DNA of 64,000 nucleotides from Candidatus Dormiibacterota bacterium (GTDB lineage Bacteria > Chloroflexota > Dormibacteria > Aeolococcales > Aeolococcaceae), in the NCBI GenBank assembly GCA_963833055.1, contig CAWHWM010000004.1, positions 324,006 through 388,005 of the forward strand, read 5' to 3'. The translations under genes were made by a program, and so were the position numbers. Shown here piece after piece: positions 53,408 to 62,773 of the stretch (within the stretch, counting starts at the first letter, position 1; each line of letters begins with the position of its first letter). Below the pieces are notes generated by a model that did no database searches, was not told the DNA's origin, and saw nothing but the letters and a program-made list of their open reading frames with translations.

Positions 53408-55073
53408 ATGAGCCCCTGGGTCGGCCCGCTCGTCGCCGTCGCCGCCATCGTCTGGCTGGTCCTCGTCTTCCGGATCGTGCTCGTCGCCGCGCGCATGTTC
53501 CAGATCGAGGAGTACGAGTCGGTCCGATTCCTGCGCTGGGGCCTCACCCGCGAGTGGCTCGCGCACCGCGCGGTATGGCTGGGCCTCCTGGTGGGAGCCG
53601 TCGCCCTCAGCGTCGCGGCGATACTGCCCGCCGCCCGACCCGTCAGCATCGCGATCGCCTGGCTGGTGTCGGCCGCCGCGGCGCAGTTCACCTGGCGATG
53701 GACGTCCCCAAAGCGACCGCTCGTGATGACTGCGCGCATGCGCCGCCTGCTCGTCGCCGGTGGATTCCTCGCCGTCATCCTCGCCGCTGGGCTCGCCCTT
53801 GGCATCGTCGCCCTGCATCCGATCGTGTCGACGATCCTCGTGCTCGTCGCCGCCGGACTGGTCACCGGCCTGAGCGAGATCCTGCTGGTTGCTGCCAATG
53901 TCGTCACAAAGCCCGCCGAGGCCCGGATCCGGCGTCACTACCTCGGGCTGGCGGAGCAGCGGCTGAAGGCGGTCGATCCGGTGGTCGTCGCGGTGGTCGG
54001 AAGCTTTGGCAAGACGAGCACCAAGCACATCCTCGCGCAACTCCTGCAGCCGAACGTCAACACGCTCCCGACACGCAAGAGCTTCAACACGCTCATGGGC
54101 GTGACCCGCGTGATCAACGAGGATCTCACGCCCGACAACAGGGTGTTCGTCGTCGAGATGGACGCGTACGCTCAGGGCGAGATCGCTGCGATGAGCAAGC
54201 TCGTGCATCCGAGCGTCGCGATCATCACCGCAATCGGCCCGCAGCATATGGAGCGCTTCGGGACGATCAGCCATATCGCGGATGCGATGTATGAGGTTGT
54301 CACCGCGCTCCCAACCGATGGCACGCTCATCCTGTACACGGGCGACGACTCGGGAACAGCGCTCGCCCAACGAGCCGATAACGAGCACCGCCACGTCATC
54401 CGCTACGCGCTGGCGACTGACGGCGAGACGGTGAACGCGGACATCGTCGCGTCGTCGATCCACATCACCGCGCAGGGGTCGACGTTTCGCTGGCGGTGGG
54501 AGGCGCAGGGCCTCGATCGCGAGGTCAGCATTCCGCTCCTCGGGCGGCACCAGGTGGCCAACGTCAGCGCTGCGCTGGCGGCGGTGCTCACGCTCGGCTA
54601 TTCGATCGACGATGCCATCAGTGCCGCAGCATCGCTCGAGCAGGTGGAGCACCGCCTCGAGGTGATGAGGAGCGCAGGTCCCCTCACGGTGATCGACGAT
54701 TCGTACAACGCCAACCCCGTGGGCGTTCACAACGGTCTCGAAGTGCTAGCGGCCATGGGCGGCGCGCACAAGTTCCTGATCACGCCTGGACTGGTGGAGC
54801 TCGGCAGTGTCGAGGATGCGGAGAACCGGCGGTATGGTGAGCACGCGGCGAAGGTCTGCGATCACGTCATCGTCATGTCGGCGAAGACCAGCGCGGCACT
54901 GTGTGCGGGCCTTCGTGAGGGTGGGCATGAGTGACGACCGCATCCACGTTGTGGACACTCTCGGCGAGGCGACCGCGCTACTCCAGACCCTCTCGGTTCC
55001 TGGCGACGTGGTGCTCTTCGCCAACGATCTCCCGGACACCTACCTCCCTGTGGCGCACGCCGCGCGCTCGTAG
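53408..55073 (+). CDS. murF: MurF-family ligase with N-terminal TM helices (frameshift near 54921)
   Basis: GSFGKTSTK, SFNTLMG, VEM, IDDSYNANP, ITPGLVELG, NDLPD. Confidence 0.85.
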
Positions 55074-55189
55074 TCGGTCACGGCGGCGTTCCCTGGGAGA
55101 TAATCGGGCCGGCCCCGTGCGGCCTCCACGTCTCAGCACACGTCCCAGCCTGCGTATATGCAACGTCTTCACCGCACCGAGCACATCTT

Positions 55190-56359
55190 GTGAGCCCCGA
55201 GCTCGACGAGCAAGCACGCCACGTCGCACTCGTGCGAGCACAGGCAGCGCTGATCGCCAACTCGTCTCGGGCCGTGCGACGTCTGGCGGTCACTCCCGGC
55301 GCGAAGCTCGCCGCATCGCCGCGCAAACGCCGGCATGGGCATCGGGCGGCGCCGCAGCAACCACCGGCTCCTCGCCGGCACAGCTCCTGGAGACGGCGCG
55401 GCATCGCTGCCGCTGCACTGACCGTGCAGGTCGCGCTCCTGATTCTGGCGCTCACACTCCCGGGGTTCCAGGTACGCCAGGTGACCGTGGTCGGCACCCA
55501 TCTGATCACGACGGACGCCGTGGTCGCCGCCGCCCGCGTTCCCGAGCAGAGCATCTTCACCATCAACGGAGCCGCGATCCAGAGTCGCGTTCAGGCGCTT
55601 CCCTGGGTTGAGAGCGCGCTGGTGACCACCGAGCTGCCGGCCACGGTTGAGATCTCGGTGGTCGAGCGGGCGCCGATGCTTCGGGTCCGTCGCGACGGCA
55701 CCGATACGCTGGTGGCCTCCGACGGCGCCACGCTTCCCGGGGTCGACGCGACGGCGGCAGCGCGGAGCGGCATTCCCGTCCTCATCGATGATCGGGCAGG
55801 ATCGCCACAGCCACTTGACCCGGTCCTCGTGCAGTTGTTCAGCTCGATCGCCCAGCGCTTCCCGAGCGTGTTCGGGTGTTCTGTCGCCGCGTTCCTCTGG
55901 GGAGCGGATGACGTCGTGAGCATCTGGACGAGCACGGGGTGGCGCGCCATCCTCGGCGATCTCGATAGCGATGCGGCGCTGCAGGCGCTGCCGTCGCAGA
56001 TCGAGACGCTCGCGGCGCTGAAAGGCCAGTTGAGCTTCGTGAAGCCGACGTTCGGCTATATCGACGTCGAGGCACCCGCCGCCCCGGTGAGCGGTGGCAC
56101 CCCCGGACTTCCAGCTGAGGTGTCCGCGGCGTTGCTGCCGGTGGCGCCGTCGGTGCAGCCGCCGTCGGCGCAGTCCGCGGTGGCTCCGCCCACGGCCCCG
56201 CCGACTCCGCGCCCGACGCCCACTCCGTCGCCTTCGCCGAGTGCTACTCCGACGCCGACCATCACGCTGATCACGCCTCCGGCGAGCTACACCCAGCCCG
56301 TCGCCCTGACGGGTTCTCGGGGCTGCGGCTTTTGCGCGAGAGGGGAGCACTGGGGTTGA
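55190..56359 (+). CDS. ftsQ: FtsQ/DivIB with POTRA domain and Pro/Thr-rich tail
   Basis: TM, then V.VVG..LPWVESA.V...LPATV.I.VVER; dcw position. Confidence 0.85.
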   Translation: MSPELDEQARHVALVRAQAALIANSSRAVRRLAVTPGAKLAASPRKRRHGHRAAPQQPPAPRRHSSWRRRGIAAAALTVQVALLILALTLPGFQVRQVTVVGTHLITTDAVVAAARVPEQSIFTINGAAIQSRVQALPWVESALVTTELPATVEISVVERAPMLRVRRDGTDTLVASDGATLPGVDATAAARSGIPVLIDDRAGSPQPLDPVLVQLFSSIAQRFPSVFGCSVAAFLWGADDVVSIWTSTGWRAILGDLDSDAALQALPSQIETLAALKGQLSFVKPTFGYIDVEAPAAPVSGGTPGLPAEVSAALLPVAPSVQPPSAQSAVAPPTAPPTPRPTPTPSPSPSATPTPTITLITPPASYTQPVALTGSRGCGFCARGEHWG

Positions 56360-56425
56360 CCTGTGGCTCCGTTGGCCGGGGGGCGCGTGTCGACTAGTTA
56401 GACGTTCCAACCGGTGTCCGTCGGG

Positions 56426-56463
56426 TTACACATGTTTGTGTTATATACTACAAATATGTGTAA
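56426..56463. promoter_or_regulatory. AT-rich inverted repeat / paired operators around a TATACT -10
   Basis: TTACACATGTTTGT-N10-ACAAATATGTGTAA (13/14 match); right arm overlaps ATG 56456. Confidence 0.7.
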
Positions 56464-57886
56464 TGCCGAGGCGGCTGATGCGAGCCCACTCGAGGTGCTT
56501 CTGGGAGCCATCCAGCGCTTCGTCTCCACGCCGGGTCTGGAGACCACCCCGACCCAGCTGGGCGAGCATCTGATCCGGCTTCGCCATGGCATCGACCTCC
56601 TCGAGCTCGACTTCGCGGGCTCGGCGGCAAGCTTCGCGGGCACCGATGAGTACGAGAACCAGGGCTCGGTGTCTGCGTATGACTGGATCCGGCACAACTG
56701 CCATATGTCCGGGCAGGCTGTGTCTCGATCCCTCACCGCGGGTGAGCAGTTCGGGCGGCTGCTCGGCAGTGCCGCTGCGCTGGATGCGGGGGAGATCGGC
56801 TTCGCCCACTTCTCGCTCCTGGCCGGGGTGGCCAAGGCGGCGCGCACCAAGCTCGCGGCGACGGATCCGTGGGCTGCGATGCGGGTGGATGCCACACGAC
56901 GCCCGACGCTGCCAACCCCGACGCCGCCGCGGACGCCGACGACGCCGCGCTGCTGCCGAGGCGCCGATGCCGACGCTGCCGCCACCGCCGCCGACGGCTC
57001 AGACGCCCCAGGAGCAGACGGCGCCGACCCCGCCATACCGGTCCCGCCGCTCACCTTCGACGAGCGTCCCCTCCTCCAACTCGCTCGGGAGCACTCGGTC
57101 AGTCGCTTCGGGCACGAGTGCATCCATGCCCGCCATGCCTACGATGCCGCCGCCGTCCTCGAGGAGCACGTCCACGAGGCCGAGCACAATCGCCTGGAGC
57201 TCATCCCCTGCGAGAACGGCTCCATGGCGCTCCGGGGCCTGTTCGATCCCATCGCCGCGGCCACGCTCAAGACCGCCGTCCTGCCCCTGGCCCGGCCCTC
57301 CGGTGCGGGTGACACCCGTACCCTGCAGCGCCGCCTCGCCGATGCGCTGGTGGAAGTCGCCGCCCACGCCCTGGATGTCGGGGCAGTTCCCGGCAGCAGC
57401 GGGACCAGAGCCCACTTCCAGCTCACCGCCTCGGTGGAGACGGTGATGGCCCTGGACGGTGCTCCCGGTGGCGAGCTCGAGCATGCCGGCGCCGTGCCCG
57501 CCGCCACCGTGCAGCGGCTCGCCTGCGATGCCCGGGTACGGCGCATCCTGCTCGGCCCCAAGTCGGCGGTGATCGAGGTGGGACGGGCGCGCCGGCTTCC
57601 CAGCGCTGCCACCCGGGATGCGCTCCGGGCTCGTTCCGGTGGCTGCGAGTGGCCGAGGTGTGATCGCCCGGTGGCGTACACCAACGCGCACCACCTGGTG
57701 CACTGGGCGCAGGGCGGCGCGACCGACATCGACAACCTGGTCCTGCTCTGCTACCGCCACCACTGGTTGATCCATGAGGGCGGCTGGCAGCTGGCCAAGG
57801 TCGAGGGTGACCGCATGCTGACCATCGCCCCCACCCCGACCTTTCGCACCTGGACCCGCGCGCCCGCTTTCGTCCCCAGGCTGTAG
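56456..57886 (+). CDS. DUF222 + HNH endonuclease protein (REP13E12-like)
   Basis: WIRHNC, QRRLADAL.E, RLACDA, GRARR, CEWPRC, HHLVHW..GG.T..NL.LLC..HH..IHEGGW. Confidence 0.9.
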   Translation: MCNAEAADASPLEVLLGAIQRFVSTPGLETTPTQLGEHLIRLRHGIDLLELDFAGSAASFAGTDEYENQGSVSAYDWIRHNCHMSGQAVSRSLTAGEQFGRLLGSAAALDAGEIGFAHFSLLAGVAKAARTKLAATDPWAAMRVDATRRPTLPTPTPPRTPTTPRCCRGADADAAATAADGSDAPGADGADPAIPVPPLTFDERPLLQLAREHSVSRFGHECIHARHAYDAAAVLEEHVHEAEHNRLELIPCENGSMALRGLFDPIAAATLKTAVLPLARPSGAGDTRTLQRRLADALVEVAAHALDVGAVPGSSGTRAHFQLTASVETVMALDGAPGGELEHAGAVPAATVQRLACDARVRRILLGPKSAVIEVGRARRLPSAATRDALRARSGGCEWPRCDRPVAYTNAHHLVHWAQGGATDIDNLVLLCYRHHWLIHEGGWQLAKVEGDRMLTIAPTPTFRTWTRAPAFVPRL

Positions 57887-57929
57887 CGGGGCGGAACACT
57901 CAGATCCAGCCGCGACGACCCCGAATGAG

Positions 57930-58044
57930 GCGGATCGCCCACGTGGCGGACGCCGTCGGCGGTTTCGGCCGGAAAGAACTCGAAGGAGAACACCGGCTCA
58001 CGGCGCCCCTCGAGAACGGTGTCGAGGCGCCTGGTGAGCACCAT
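57930..58044 (-). pseudogene. Truncated MetF (methylenetetrahydrofolate reductase)-like N-terminal remnant
   Basis: MVLTRRLDTVLEGRREPVFSFEFFPAET resembles the MetF SFEFFPPKT motif; similarity ends after ~35 aa. Confidence 0.5.
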
Positions 58045-58059
58045 GCTACGGTCCGCGAA

Positions 58060-59103
58060 ATGCTTGCGGCGTATGCGTCGGCAGTCGGCGGCGACGATCC
58101 GTTGGCCAACCTCACGGTCGGCGAACTGCCGGCACCCGTGCCACGGCCCGGTTGGGCGGTGGTGAGGGTGCACGCCGCGTCGCTCAACCACCACGACATC
58201 TGGACCTTGCGGGGCGTGTCGTCGTCGCCGGTGACGCCGCCGCAGATCCTCGGGTGCGACGGGGCGGGGGAGGTCGTGGAGTACGGCGGCGAGCCGCCCA
58301 CCGGTGCGCCGGTGATCGGCACGCGAGTGGTCGTCTATCCGGTCGTCACCTGCGGCCATTGCGCGGCGTGCCTTGCCGACGAGCCACTCGGCTGCCGCTC
58401 GTTCCACATGCTCAGCGAGTCGCCGCTCGCCGGCTCACTCGCGGAGTACCTCGAGATTCCCGCCACCAACCTGATCCCGCTGCCGGACCGGGTCAGCTAC
58501 GCAGACGCTGCGTGCCTCCCGACGGCATATCTAACGGCGTACAGAGCGCTGTTTGTCCGAGCGGCGCTGCGGCCGGGGATGAGCGTCCTCGTGCAGGGGG
58601 CAAGTGGTGGCGTGGCAACGGCGACCATCCTGCTCGCCCGCCTGGCAGGAATCACCGTCTACGCCACCTCTCGCGACGAAGCAAAGAGGGCGCTCGCGGT
58701 CGACCTCGGCGCCGAGGCCGCGTTCCCGGTGGCGCGTGAGACCGCGCGCGCCATCGTCGGTGCAACGGGTGGCGTGGGTGTCGACGCCGTGATCGACACG
58801 GTCGGCGAGCCCACCTGGGATCTGAGTCTTCGTGCGGTGCGCCCCGGTGGCGTTGTCGTGGTCCCGGGAGCGACGGGGGGCGCGAACCCGCCGGCACAGC
58901 TCAACCGGATCTTCTTCCGCAGCATCACCATCGCCGGAACCACGATGGGAACACGTGGCGAGCTGCGCCATCTCGTCGACCTCATGGCGACCGGAGCGCT
59001 CCGGCCGCTCATCGGCTCCACGCATCCGCTGAGCGACGCCACGGCGGCGTTTGCGCAGATGGTGAGCGGCGACCTGCGCGGGAAGATCGTCCTCGAGGCG
59101 TGA
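58060..59103 (+). CDS. Zinc-binding alcohol dehydrogenase / MDR family oxidoreductase
   Basis: ASLNHHD, ILGCDGAG, CGHCAAC..GC, PTAYLTAYR, GASGGVA. Confidence 0.9.
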   Translation: MLAAYASAVGGDDPLANLTVGELPAPVPRPGWAVVRVHAASLNHHDIWTLRGVSSSPVTPPQILGCDGAGEVVEYGGEPPTGAPVIGTRVVVYPVVTCGHCAACLADEPLGCRSFHMLSESPLAGSLAEYLEIPATNLIPLPDRVSYADAACLPTAYLTAYRALFVRAALRPGMSVLVQGASGGVATATILLARLAGITVYATSRDEAKRALAVDLGAEAAFPVARETARAIVGATGGVGVDAVIDTVGEPTWDLSLRAVRPGGVVVVPGATGGANPPAQLNRIFFRSITIAGTTMGTRGELRHLVDLMATGALRPLIGSTHPLSDATAAFAQMVSGDLRGKIVLEA

Positions 59104-59146
59104 GCCAGGGGATTGCGGCAACGGGCCTCCGTGGCACCGGCTCTTC

Positions 59147-60092
59147 GTGCCTCCGGTCTTCGTGCTCATTCACAGCTCGAGCGTCGGGCCGTCCACGTGG
59201 GAGCCCGTTGCCGGTGCGTTGCGAGCTCGGGGGCACGTGGTCGAAGTTCCGTCCATGCTCGGTTTTGTGGAGGACGGGCCGCCGTACGCGGACTCCTACC
59301 TCCGCCGTGCGAGCGCAGCGCTGGAGTCGCTGCCGCCTGGCGCGCCGATCGTCCTCGTCGGTCACAGCAACGCGGGGCTCTTTCTCCCGGCCATCGCAGA
59401 GCCCCTCGCTCCGCGTGGCGTGTCCTTCATATTCGCTGACGCGTCGATCCCGCCCATCGACGGCGCGGATAGGGAAAGACCCCGCAGACACCACCACGGA
59501 GCCCGCAGACACCGCCGACCCAGCGGACGCCACTAACGCACCACTCGTCCCCGAGGCGTTCCTGGATCAGCTTCGGGCCATGGCGGTCGACGGGATCCTG
59601 CCGCGCTGGGGCAACTGGTGGCCGGACGACATCACCGCGACCCTCTACCCAGACACCGCGACCCGCGAGCGGGTCGCGGCCGAGGAGCCCGAGCTCCCTA
59701 TCGCCTTCTACGAGGAATCAGTGATCGTCCCGGCCGGATGGTCGCGACGTCCGTGCGCCTATCTCCGGTTCAGCGACGCCTACGAGGCGGAAGCCGAGAA
59801 GGCCAGACGCCTTCACTGGCCAACGCTCCATGTCGCCGGCGAGCATCTGCACATGCTCGTCGACCCAACCGGCGTCGCCAACGGAATCTGCGACCTCGCC
59901 GAAAAGCTCAATCCGGGAATTGCCCCCCAGGAAGTCGTAGACGCCACAGACAAGCGGTGTTACGGTTGCGCAGCTTCAGCGGTCCACACTGACCGCGGCG
60001 CACAGGGCCTCGTCCAGAAGGTGCAGTGGCGAGGCCCTGTCCGTGTCTCCAGGGTTGCGGAGACCAGGCAAATCCGACGGTCTCGGGATTAG
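59147..60092 (+). CDS. Alpha/beta hydrolase (frameshift near 59465; true 3' end uncertain, likely near 59910)
   Basis: VLIHSSSVGPSTW, VGHSNAG, EHLHMLVDP. Confidence 0.7.
59938..59966 (+). promoter_or_regulatory. Distal promoter upstream of ftsA
   Basis: TAGACG-17 nt-TACGGT with extended TG. Confidence 0.55.
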
Positions 60093-60134
60093 AGCCGCGA
60101 ATGGCCCCGAGCGGCCGTCCGACCTCTCGAGGAC

Positions 60135-60182
60135 AACCAACATGTTGTGGCATACTGGGGGCGCGAACCCAGCATCTTGCGG
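60135..60182. promoter_or_regulatory. Tandem NrdR boxes flanking an extended -10
   Basis: AACCAACATGTTGTGG (60135) and ACCCAGCATCTTGCGG (60167), 32 bp start-to-start; TG-G-CATACT at 60148-60156. Confidence 0.7.
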
Positions 60183-60200
60183 TTTTGCGCCTGAAAACCC

Positions 60201-60229
60201 TTGAATGGCGCAGCCGCGACGGCTACACT
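60201..60229 (+). promoter_or_regulatory. Proximal ftsA promoter
   Basis: TTGAAT-17 nt-TACACT. Confidence 0.6.
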
Positions 60230-60243
60230 CGGAGACCGATACA

Positions 60244-61479
60244 GTGACCCGTCCTCGCCGCGTCTTCGCACTCGATCTCGGAACTACCAAAGTCTGCTGC
60301 GCGGTAGCAGACCTTGAGACCACCGGTCTCCGAGTCTTGGGCGTCGGTCTGGTGGCTTCCCGGGGCGTTCGCAAGGGCGCGGTGGTCGAGATCGACCGGG
60401 CAGCCGAGGCGGTGGCGGAAGCGGTCGACATGGCTGAGCAGATGTCCGGGGTGCCGATCAACTCCGCGGTGGTCGGGATCGCCGGCGGCCACATCACCTC
60501 GCAGAACAGCCGTGGCGTGGTGGCGGTCGAGGCGGGGCATCGCGAGGTTCGCGACCAGGACGTGCATCGAGCCATCGACGCGGCTCGCGCGGTGAGCGTT
60601 CCGTCGGAGCGCCGCATCGTGCACGTGCTGCCGCAGCAGTTCACGATCGACGGTCAGGAAGGCGTGCGCGACGCCATCGGCATGGCGGGCAACAGGCTCG
60701 AAGTGGATGCGCACATCATCACCGGCGCCAACACTGCGATCCAGAATGTGGTCAAGGTTGTCCACAAGGCAGGGCTCAACGTGGACGACATGGTGCTGCA
60801 GGTGCTCGCGTCTGCGGAGGCGGTGGTGACCGAGGACGAGATCGAGCGCGGTGTGGTCGTCGTCGATGTCGGCGGCGGGACAAGCGATATCGCAGTGTTC
60901 GCGCGCGGCAGCATCGTGCACACGAGCGTGATTCCGGTGGGCGGCAATCACGTCACGGCAGACCTCGCGGTCGGGCTCCGCTGCGACCTCGAGACCGCAG
61001 AGACGGTGAAGCGCAACTTCGGCCACTGCCTGCAGCTCACACTGCCCGCCGACGCGGAGGTGACGTTGACCCCGATGGGCTATGACGAGCCGGTCGGTGT
61101 GCCGCAACGGTATCTCGCTGAAATCATCGGACCGCGCGCACGTGAGATGGCGTCCATGATCGCCGCGGAAGTGGAGCGCGCTGGACCGCTCGGCATGTTC
61201 CCCGGTGGCATCGTGATCACCGGCGGCGGCGCATTGTTGCGCGGCTTCGCGGAAGTCGTGCAACAACAGACCAACCTTCCTGCGCGCATTGCCGCGCCGC
61301 AGGGATTGCAGGGCATGAACGACGAGATTCGCGGCCCGAGCCACGCAACGGTGGTCGGGCTCTTGCGCTGGGGAGCTCGGAGCAACCTCGGCCGCAAACC
61401 CTCACGCTCCAACGGCAAGAGCTCGGACGGAACGGCCGCCGGGATCAAACTCTCGAGGTGGTTTCGTGACCTCTTTTGA
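60244..61479 (+). CDS. ftsA: Cell division protein FtsA
   Basis: [22 protein letters not shown]-terminal amphipathic [10 protein letters not shown]. Confidence 0.97.
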   Translation: MTRPRRVFALDLGTTKVCCAVADLETTGLRVLGVGLVASRGVRKGAVVEIDRAAEAVAEAVDMAEQMSGVPINSAVVGIAGGHITSQNSRGVVAVEAGHREVRDQDVHRAIDAARAVSVPSERRIVHVLPQQFTIDGQEGVRDAIGMAGNRLEVDAHIITGANTAIQNVVKVVHKAGLNVDDMVLQVLASAEAVVTEDEIERGVVVVDVGGGTSDIAVFARGSIVHTSVIPVGGNHVTADLAVGLRCDLETAETVKRNFGHCLQLTLPADAEVTLTPMGYDEPVGVPQRYLAEIIGPRAREMASMIAAEVERAGPLGMFPGGIVITGGGALLRGFAEVVQQQTNLPARIAAPQGLQGMNDEIRGPSHATVVGLLRWGARSNLGRKPSRSNGKSSDGTAAGIKLSRWFRDLF

Positions 61480-61591
61480 TCATCTGCGCACACACGGACT
61501 CGACCAGCCGGGGGATGCCCTGGCCCGCCGGAGATCGTCCTCCACTTCGCCCCCAACCCGTGAATCCACAACCCAACGCGAGGAGACAGGA

Positions 61592-62698
61592 ATGGCAGAC
61601 CTCGACCGGACACTTGACGGCAACGCCCGCATCCGCGTCGTTGGGGTCGGCGGCGGCGGCAGCAATGCCGTGAACCGCATGATCCGGAGCAACCTCAAGG
61701 GCGTTGAGTTCATCGCGATCAACACCGACCACCAGGCACTCAGCTCTTCGTCGGCGCACCTGAAGATCCGCATCGGCGGCAAGCTGACCCGCGGCCTCGG
61801 CGCCGGCGGCGACCCCCAGAAGGGCCGTGATGCGGCGGAGGAGTCGCGCGACGAGCTGACCAAGGCGCTGGCAGACAGCGACATGGTCTTCATCACCGCC
61901 GGCATGGGCGGCGGCACCGGCACCGGCGCCGCGCCGATCATCGCGGAGATCGCCCGCGAGTCGGGAGCGCTCACGATCGGCGTGGTCACCAAGCCCTTCC
62001 GGTTCGAGGGCCTGCGCCGTCAGAAGTCCGCGGAGGAGGGCATCGCCAACCTCCAGGGCCGGGTCGACACCCTCATCACCATCCCGAACGAGCGGCTGAT
62101 GCAGGTCGTCGACAAGAAGACCCCGATCGGTGATGCGTTCAAGGTCGCCGACGACGTGCTCCGGCAGGGCGTGCAGGGCATCAGCGATCTGATCGTGTTC
62201 CCAGGTTTGATCAACCTCGACTTCGCCGACGTCAAGACGATCATGCAGGGACAGGGCCAGGCGCTCATGGGCATCGGCTTCGGGAGCGGCGATACGCGCG
62301 CAGCCGACGCGGCCAAGGATGCGGTTGCGAGCCCGCTGCTTGAAACCACGATCGCCGGCGCCAAGGGCATCCTGCTCAACGTGACTGGCGGACCGGATCT
62401 CACCCTCTACGAGGTCAACGAGGCGGCGCAGCTGGTGAGCGAGTCGGCCGACGCCGATGCACAGATCATCTTCGGCACCGTCATCGACGAGCACATGAAG
62501 GGCGAGGTGAAGATCACCGTCATCGCCACCGGCTTCACGGGTCAGATCGATGTCATCGGGACGCTGAGCTACGAGCCGTCGGCGCGTCCGGTGGTCTCGG
62601 ATCAGCGGCAGCCCGCGTTCACCGTCGGGGGCAAGCCAACCGGGCCATACAGCGTGGATGACCTGGACATTCCGGCGTTTCTGAGGGACCGTCGGTAG
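61592..62698 (+). CDS. ftsZ: Cell division protein FtsZ
   Basis: [29 protein letters not shown]. Confidence 0.99.
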   Translation: MADLDRTLDGNARIRVVGVGGGGSNAVNRMIRSNLKGVEFIAINTDHQALSSSSAHLKIRIGGKLTRGLGAGGDPQKGRDAAEESRDELTKALADSDMVFITAGMGGGTGTGAAPIIAEIARESGALTIGVVTKPFRFEGLRRQKSAEEGIANLQGRVDTLITIPNERLMQVVDKKTPIGDAFKVADDVLRQGVQGISDLIVFPGLINLDFADVKTIMQGQGQALMGIGFGSGDTRAADAAKDAVASPLLETTIAGAKGILLNVTGGPDLTLYEVNEAAQLVSESADADAQIIFGTVIDEHMKGEVKITVIATGFTGQIDVIGTLSYEPSARPVVSDQRQPAFTVGGKPTGPYSVDDLDIPAFLRDRR

Positions 62699-62709
62699 GT
62701 TTGGGCCGG

Positions 62710-62752
62710 GATTGGTTCCGGCGGCCGTCGTGCGGCCGGCCGGAACCGATCC
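62710..62752. other. GC-rich hairpin between ftsZ and nrdR (partial terminator or stabiliser)
   Basis: GGTTCCGGC-GGCCG...CGGCC-GGCCGGAACC; no U-tract. Confidence 0.5.
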
Positions 62753-62773
62753 AAGCTCTTAGGGGGCCAGCAC

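Noticed and set aside
56160-56290. Pro/Thr-rich repeats in ftsQ (also the low-complexity PADT repeats at 59480-59535 and the DUF222 linker at 56880-57040)
   Set aside because: Ordinary low-complexity linkers
364-59470. Frequent frameshifts (hisN, recQ, TM0106, MFS, padR, PLD, rnhA, ftsI, murD, murG, ddl, murF) as programmed frameshifting or pseudogenisation
   Set aside because: They hit essential genes, show no shared slippery motif and leave flanking codons intact; best explained as long-read indel errors
60045-60125. c-di-GMP-I or ZTP riboswitch (GGCAAA, GCCGTCCG words)
   Set aside because: The remaining conserved cores (GACGCAAAG / GCCTGGGC) are missing
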